From the sequence record MK250027.1: a stretch of 64,000 nucleotides of DNA; one strand, written 5' to 3'. Below the pieces are notes generated by a model, which made no database searches, was not told where the DNA came from, and worked only from the letters and a program-made list of their open reading frames with translations. Shown here piece after piece: positions 55,927 through 64,000 of the stretch. Positions within the stretch are counted from its first letter, which is position 1. Every line of letters starts with the position of its first letter. The position numbers and the translations under genes are program-made.

Positions 55927-56529
55927 ATGAAGAAAAAAATGATGTTAAAGAAAATTTTATTATTTACGCTATTGTTTTTATTACCTTTCATATCAATAAA
56001 TGCCAGAACTATTGATAGTAATAATAATGCGTATGAAGAAGTAAATACAAAGACAACTACAGTAGTTAAACATACAAAGTCTAGTATTGAAAATTCACTA
56101 GTAGAAGAAGCTAGAACATATATCAAGTCGTTATATCCTGGTTGTCCAGATATAATTCCTAGTTATATTGTGAAAGCAGGTTTAGCAAATGGTATTGATA
56201 TTTGTTTTATGCTTGCTCAAACTCAATTAGAAACTACCTTTGGAAAGGCAGGTGTAGGAAGAACAACCTCAAGACGTTCTTTGTTTGGTATCGAGAAAAG
56301 ATACTATAAAAATTATAAAGAGGCTATTAATGCGTATGTAGACACATTAAGAACCAAATATTTAGTAAAAGGCCGTACAGAACAACATCTTATGAATAAT
56401 TATGTTAATAAAGACGGTCATCGTTATGCTGGTAATCCTAAGTATGAAAGTCAACTTAAGAAACATTATAATACAATTGCGTCTAAAACAAAAATAAAGC
56501 AATTGCAACACCAGTACAAGAGATTATAA
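55927..56529 (+). CDS. Glucosaminidase-like (GH73) peptidoglycan hydrolase with N-terminal signal/anchor
   Basis: Hydrophobic N-terminus; FMLAQTQLETTFG, SLFGI, INAYVDTLRTKY, RYAGNPKY. Confidence 0.7.
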   Translation: MKKKMMLKKILLFTLLFLLPFISINARTIDSNNNAYEEVNTKTTTVVKHTKSSIENSLVEEARTYIKSLYPGCPDIIPSYIVKAGLANGIDICFMLAQTQLETTFGKAGVGRTTSRRSLFGIEKRYYKNYKEAINAYVDTLRTKYLVKGRTEQHLMNNYVNKDGHRYAGNPKYESQLKKHYNTIASKTKIKQLQHQYKRL

Positions 56530-56656
56530 TTTTGAATAATCTCAAATCTTCTAGCAAATCAATTTATTCATATTAAATATAAAACAAGGGTAATGTTCAT
56601 GTTATTTGAGCATTACCCTTTTCTAATAAATATAATAAAGAAATTTTATTAAACAG

Positions 56657-58030
56657 ATGGCTTTATTTTTAAATAACAATATGCAATACGGTTCTGATAA
56701 TAAGACATATAGTGATTCTATTGTAATGTGTTATAATAAATAGTTTTTCTCTGATTATGACACAGCCAAAGAATCATTAATAAATAAAAATTCATTACCA
56801 GGTGAAATTACATTTGCTTATTATTATGATAAAAATTCAGAGTATGGACAAAATGCTATTTTTTCTGTTGGACCATTAACTCAAGGATCAAATATCATAT
56901 ATAAAAACGCTAATGAAATAGATACAGTCGTAGATACATTAAATGAAACACTTACATATATAAATTCAAGTGTATCTAATATAGATGAACGAATTAATAC
57001 TTCATTAAATAATTGTAGAGATTATGTAGATGAAAAAATTGATGATTTTAAAGTAGATATATCAGAAATAGAAAGTAATTTAGACATTCTTAATCGCAGA
57101 TGTAAAGATGATAGTACAAATTTAAATTTATAGATTCGTACTTTAAGAATTGATATGAATAATAAATTTGATGATACTAATAAAAATATTAAAAAATATA
57201 TTGATAATACATCAACTGCAATTGTTAACTATATTAATAATACATCCGACAATATTGTTGATTATATTAATCGTTCAATTTCTGAATCTTTTGATAATAC
57301 AGTAGATAATACAAATTCATCTATTAATTATACAAAAAATGAATTGACAAGTTCTATTACTAATTTTAAGAATGAGTTAAATTAGAAAATCACAGGTTTA
57401 GAAGGTACTCATAATAGTGATATTACTCGTTTAACTAACATTATTGATGAAGATGTTAAAGCAGATTTAACTAGATTATCTAATAGATTAAATAATTATA
57501 TTATATCAAATGAAGCTAATATAAAATCTATCAATGAAAGTATATCCACAAATGTATTAACTTTAAATGATAAAATAGAATCAGTTGCTGGTAGAATTGT
57601 AGATTATAGTCCTAGACTTTCAGATATAGAAAAACAAATATCAGTTGTTAATAATATTCCAGCAACAATAGAAAGTCAAAATAAATCTATTTCAAATCTT
57701 AATGACAAAATGAAACAAATTGAGGACAAATATAATATACATTTTCAAGCTAATATAGAACAAAATCAAAAAAATATAACGTTATTAAACGAAAATATAT
57801 CTGATATTAAAATAGATATGGCTGAAATACGTACAAGTATTCGTGTAGATTAGGGTACAATAGGCGATAATATTAGAACTATAGAATAGAAAATAGATGA
57901 TATAATTGAAAGATTAACAAAAATAGATGTATCAATTAATACATTAGAAAATTATGATAAAACAAATGATGATACCCATAAAGATTTATTAGTAGAATTA
58001 AAATCTTATAAAAATTCATTAGATTATTAA
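56657..58030 (+). CDS. Coiled-coil late/virion protein, 457 aa; TAG=Gln
   Basis: Frame scanned, only TAG until TAA 58028. Confidence 0.75.
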
Positions 58031-58052
58031 AAATTAAAAATTAAATTATATT

Positions 58053-60608
58053 ATGGAATATAAAAGTGCGTTACTGAATGAGTTAATATCTATATTAGAT
58101 AAACGTAGTCAAATAGGAGAATAGAAATTATCAGATACTATTAATTATGTAAAAAGTTATGATTCATCTATTACACGTAAATTAAGTAATGATGTAGATA
58201 ATCTTAATTCTTCTATTAATAATGTTGGCGATTTAATTACAGGGAAATTAAATACAAGTATTAATAAAATTAATAGTGAATTAAGTTAGACTATATAGAA
58301 TGTATCCTCAAAATTAGATTCATCAATTAAAGAACTAATTAGAAATATTAATAGTTCATTTAATATAGTTAATAATGATCAAACATTATTATTATCTCAA
58401 CTTAAAGATGAATTAGGAATTGACATAAACAATGTTGATAATAAATATGATTCATTAGTAAGGAATTTATCAACTAATTTAAATAGTAGTATTTCAGATT
58501 TATCAACAAGACTTACACAAAAAGTTAATTCTATTGATACTAAATATGATTCTGATATAGATAGTTTAAAGTCTAAGCATGCAGAAGATATTGGCGAATT
58601 ATAGAGATTAATTAATAGTACTGAAGAAAAGTTATCAAATAAAGAAACAAGAGATATTGGATCTGTTGAATCTAATATAAGAACAACTGAAACAACTTTA
58701 AGAAATGATTATGGTACGAAGATAGATACTTTAAATACATCAGTTAATAATTATTTCAATAAACAAGATACAAATATTAATTATAACAATATTTCTATAG
58801 GTGAAGTATCTACAAGATTAAAAAGAGAGGTAGACAACTTATAGAATACATTAAATGTATCTACAACAGATATTTATAATAAATTAGGTATTATAGATAA
58901 TAAAATTGATACATCATTAAGTAACTTAAATGATAAAATTAATAATTAGTTTGATGCATCAATTAAAGCATTAAATACATCTATCATCACATTAAAAGGT
59001 GACATAAATACTAAATTTGTAACTACAAATACATCTATAAACTTATTAGATAGTAAATAGAAAAAAATAGACACATCATTATCAAATCTTATAAGAACAT
59101 TTAATGATTTGATATATACAGAAAAAGTTAATGGCATTATTGATACATTCAGAGAAATGGAAGATTTCTTAAGTAATATATCAGATGATAGTACATTAAC
59201 CGGAATGATGAAAGATCTTAAAACATCTATTGATCAACATATTAATAGTTCTATTGATGAAGTTAATGGAACTATTTCAAGTGTTAAATAGGAAATAGGT
59301 TCAAACATTAATACTCGTATTAATGCTCTTGAACAAACATTAAATACTACCGTAAATAATAATATCGTAGATATTAATTCTTCAATAAGTGATATTAGTA
59401 CAAAATTAGATGCATCTATTAAATAGCAATAGCAATATGTTCAAGGTAATATTGAAAGTATTAATTCTTCATTAGATAAATTAAATACAACTATTACATA
59501 GAATGTAGATACTTCATTAAAGAGTATTCAATCATAGTTAAATACATCTTTGAATACAGTTAATACAAGTATATCAGGATTAAATCAAGATATAGTAAAT
59601 ACAAAAAGTAGGGTTAGTAAGTTAGAATTAGAAAATGTTGTAAGTATTTAGAATACACAAGGTACAAATAATAAAACATGGAATAATAATAATAATTCTG
59701 TATAGGATGATACATATGTTGTAAATACATAGGTATTTAATACACATGTAAATGGTAAACCTGTAAAGCAATCAGTTCGTCTTGTTAATGATAATATTAT
59801 TAAAGAGATGAATAAATCTGAAAAAGCTGTTACAACATAGTTACTTGCAATTAATACAAAATTATCAAATATTGATAGTAGTATTTCAAATGTATTAGAT
59901 ACATCTTATATTAATAAGAAAAACAAATATACAACTAATGGATTTAATACAATTGGCACATGTTTAGATTTTATTATTAATGATATGTATTATACTGCAC
60001 CTGCTGCTGTTAATGTAACATATAATGTAACACCTACATCATTTATTAGAGGCAAGAATACTGCTGTTACATTTACATATAAAGTGAATAATTATCTTAA
60101 TAATATACAAAGTATTACTTATAATAATCAGTCAAAAACAGAAAAAGAATTTACAGAAACTATTACTGTTAATAATTCTGTATCTAGATCATTGTCTGTT
60201 ATATCAAATTATGTTGATAGTAAAGACGCGAAACCTGCTGCATTTACAAAAACAATATCATCTAATGCAACACTCGAATTATATGTATGGACATCAACCT
60301 CTACTACATTTAATAAAGCATATACAGCAAGTAATATGCCAGATGGTTATACAATATATAATTATAGTTCATCTAATTATAGTATTAATGTAAATAATGG
60401 TAATACTGCTAAATATATATTCTTTGTATCTGATAAGAATTTATCAGAAGCAAAGTTCTTTGTATATGAACATGGTGGTTCGCCTACATTAGGTGGTGGT
60501 ATTTCTAATTTAGGAACTATAACAATATAGAAATATGATATTGCGATAACATATTACTTATATAGATCAAATAATGTTCTTAACGGAAATTGGGACATTA
60601 AGTTTTAA
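58053..60608 (+). CDS. Long coiled-coil tail-fibre-like protein with beta-rich C-terminus, 851 aa; TAG=Gln
   Basis: Joins track ORFs 59109 and 59985; recurring LDSSI/LNTSI/IDTSL/LDASI units. Confidence 0.7.
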
Positions 60609-60644
60609 CAATAAATAATAAAAATAATTATATAATTTAATTAT

Positions 60645-63600
60645 ATGGCAATTAAAATTCCAGATACACTGAGAACATCGAATAGTACATATCCTATTGC
60701 GTTATCAGAAGAAATACAAGGTGGTATTCGTGGAGTTTAGACTGTAGATGATTTAAGTAAGATTAATAAAGCTTTAATATCAACTGGTATGTTAGTATGG
60801 GTTGAAAAGTCAAAGAGTTATTATAAGTATACTAATGGTGAATGGACCATATTATCTGCATCTGCATCAGGAACACCATTACTTACATCTGCATAGATTA
60901 AAGTTTTAAAAGAGCAAGGTGTTTTACCAGAGAATTATATTTGGATACGAACTAAAGGAGATAGTGATTTTATTGAAGGTGAAGTAACTAATAATACATA
61001 TAAAACATCAAATAACGGAAATTATATAGATATTTTATTTCAAGCTATAAGACAGTTACAAACAGAAGTTGCTAAAATGAGGAATACATTCAAATATGGT
61101 ATGTATTCTTGCACTAATAAAGAAATGGCAGTTTCAAATGTTGTTAATGAAATGAAAACAACTCCCGCAGAAGAACCATTATGGGCAATAGAAGAAGATG
61201 GATTATCTTATGTATATGCATTGGATTTTTTACAAGGATATGATAAAGATCCTTCAAAACAAACATATAGTTTTTTTACGAAAATAAATGGTTTGATTGA
61301 AAATGTTAATGGTTAGTATTATGATATTTCAGATACTAATCGAGAGAAATCAAAAAATGTATATTTTACTCATAAATCTACGGATTCTATGGATGATGAA
61401 GATATAGATGATAAAAGTATATTTAATGACGCAGATGGAAGGGCTCCTGAAAGTATTAGTATGTTGGAAGCAATGGATGATCCAAAACAATTTATTTATA
61501 TGACAATAACCAATAAAAAAGAAAATGGAAAAACTTTTTTATTGGATTTCTCCGTACTTATAGAGCCTAAAAAACATAAGTCTATATCTTCAGGTACATA
61601 GCGTGTTTCTATAGATAATATTAACTTCACTAATTTAATGCCAAATTATGTTGATACAGTTAATGTTATGTTATTACTTAATCGTAAAATGTGTAAAGAA
61701 ACAACTGTAGGAGATGTAACGACATATACATGGTATGGAAATAACTATCTATATGTTTCTATTAGTGATTATTATTCTAATGATGTAATTATTCAGGGAT
61801 ATTATAATAAAAATGATGGAAAACTTTATAAGAATATTCAAGATTTAGGTGATCAATATTTCTTTAGTACTGTATATTTTGGTAATTTAAAATTGAATAA
61901 ATTTAACATTTATTCAAGATATTAGGATTTTACTAAATTCATAAATGAAACAGATAAAGTTGTTAAACCTAATATACCTAATGATAGTGATTATAGATAT
62001 AAAGTTGCACATATAACAATACGTTCTGTTACTGATGAAGCGGAATTAAAAGAAATAAAACAATATCTTCCAAATAATGAATTAATATGGGAAGAAAAGA
62101 ATAGTGTTTTATGGATAAAAACAAACAATAAAACAGTACAAATTGGAGGTACTAGTAATTCAAATAATAACGGAAATCAAAATAACAATAATAGTGATAG
62201 TATGACACAAGAAGAATTAATAAAAGCCCTTAAGGAAATGGGTATTGTTTATGATTCAAATAATGGGTTAGAATTAGAATAGGCAAAAGTTGAGGACATT
62301 ACTTTTATTAATTCTAATTTGACAGACAAATATGTATATTCAATAGATTCAGAAGGAAATCTACATTCTACTATAGTTCCTAAAGTAACATTGAAATCAC
62401 GTGTTGCAAATAAAGGCTTATATGAATCAAATAAACCAGGTTCTACATTTACAAGTCGTGGATTCGTCGCAAATCTCGTGTGTGGTGAGAAGAATACGGA
62501 ATTAGGAATTGATAATACATTAAGTGCAAGTTCAAATGGTTCAATATTAAATGAATCTGATAGAATTCACATTTCTCAATTTTATGCTCCATTATCAACA
62601 GATATAGAAGAAGGTAAAATAGGATGTTCTCATGCATTTATAGAGTTAACAAATACATCTCCATATGATTTCTAGTTAGATGGATGCTATTTGCATTTCT
62701 TCTCACTTAATGATACAAATTAGACAACATATTATAATTTACCATTAAAGGGTGTAATTCCTGCAGGTAATACATTTTTGATTAGAGGCAAAAAATATGC
62801 TGATTACAAGAATTCCAATGTATTCATTAAGGTAAATTCATTTGATATAGAATGGTTTATAGAAAAAGATCAACTTATAGATTTAACCGTTAATACTATA
62901 TATAATGGATATGCACTTGCGTTAACATATGGTAATACAGTAGTAGAAAATGGAGTAGAAACAGAAATTAGTCCAGTAACAACATTAGCAAAAGTAGATA
63001 CAGATAAAACAAACAAATATAGAGATAATTATATTGACGGTATTATATATTCTTATAAAGTTGCTAATATTCCTAATACATATAGAACATGGGCTATATT
63101 TAATTCCGGATATAATGTATTATCTAATAGCTTATTTAGAGAAACATTCTTATTGGACCCATCAAAACAAGGTTATCAAGCATTGAATTCAAATAAGAAG
63201 GATACATCTAGAGTACGTCATGCTACAACAGCAGATTTCTAGTTATTATCTTTAGCAAATGAATTCATACAATTCCCAAAATCTGATTCAGTAAAAGCCG
63301 TTTCTGATTATACACCAAAAGCATCATTTGAACATAAAACAGTTATTACAGAAAAGAGTAATATTGATTTAAATAAACCAAATATGATTACATGTGCGTT
63401 TGGTATTAATATGTTAACAACAAGATGTTTTAACTGGATTTCAGGAGGTATTTTTGATGAATTCATTTGGATTAGAAAGAAAGGTAGTATAACAGCTTGG
63501 AAAGATTGTGTACGATATGAATCTTATACAAGTTCAAAATGTGGTGTTGTTACAGAAAAATCTACTAATGAAATTCAAAAGAAAACATTTAATGTTGATA

Positions 63601-64000
63601 ATGAAAAGATAAAGGAATTAAAAGAATGTGTATATGATAGAATAACAGGTATATTTCCTGGTACTACCACACAATATACTGCACATAAGGTAATAGTTAC
63701 ATTACCTACGCCGTCAACTGGCACATCAGAATATGAATATTGCGTTGGACGACCATTATTAGATGGTACACCTGATCCTGATCATACAAATGTATCAGAT
63801 CCATATACATTTACAATGTATGCAAGTTCTTATGTTCCTAGAGTTTATCAAACATCTGACCAACAAGGTTTCCATTGGATTGAATATCAAGTATGGGCTG
63901 GTGCAGCTAAGAAATTAAATGAATACATTAATAATACTAAGAGTACAACATATATGCCAGTATTAGTAAATACTGGTGATATGACTCAATCTGGTTCTCG
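60645..64000 (+). CDS. Partial giant protein (>1118 aa): lamin-tail-like domain + purple-acid-phosphatase-like N-domain + metallophosphoesterase; TAG=Gln
   Basis: Joins five track ORFs; FIELTNTSPYDF(Q)LDGCYL...GVIPAGNTFLIRG, TRCFNWIS, YEYCVG, TSDQQG, VNTGDMT. Confidence 0.75.

Noticed and set aside
18073-63000. Antisense or alternate-frame track ORFs (e.g. 18073, 18743, 20055, 21134, 22767, 26953, 31154, 31611, 32227, 32376, 33690, 33871, 35037, 36667, 38372, 40211, 45992, 47118, 47148, 48841, 49914, 49981, 53261, 54964, 55026, 55476, 55920, 58946, 60211, 62449)
   Set aside because: Overlap better-supported genes and have shadow-ORF composition

Overview
Very AT-rich, densely coding segment of a huge (jumbo/mega) T4-like bacteriophage, most consistent with the Lak-type megaphages of Prevotella/Bacteroidota (inferred from gene content, the genetic code and host-type TAnnTTTG promoters; no database search was run). 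The window uses an alternative code in which TAG = Gln (code 15). The many short ORFs in the track join in frame across TAG codons into long genes, and an amber-suppressor tRNA (anticodon CUA) is encoded at 43017-43088. TAG codons concentrate in structural, late and homing-endonuclease genes, while genes behind host-type promoters are TAG-free. Contents: a minus-strand virion operon (1-12887, including a 2443-aa protein); an assembly gap; a UvsW-like helicase gene fractured by a naturally split intein with a free-standing endonuclease between the halves; RNA ligase; two further nuclease genes ahead of a dnaK interrupted by a group I intron; dnaJ; a gp55-like late sigma factor; a glycosyltransferase; fhs; a GIY-YIG gene next to the suppressor tRNA; tmRNA; the gp20-like portal; a papain-like protease; a Prs-like enzyme; grpE; a tRNA/ncRNA cluster preceded by a putative leader-peptide attenuator; a glucosaminidase; and large coiled-coil and phosphoesterase virion proteins. 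Most unusual: the split intein, an ssrA-like degron produced by read-through into the unspliced intron, TAG-gating of the late sigma factor, the Met/Cys-rich attenuator ahead of the tRNA cluster, and tRNA-like RNAs with large central expansions.
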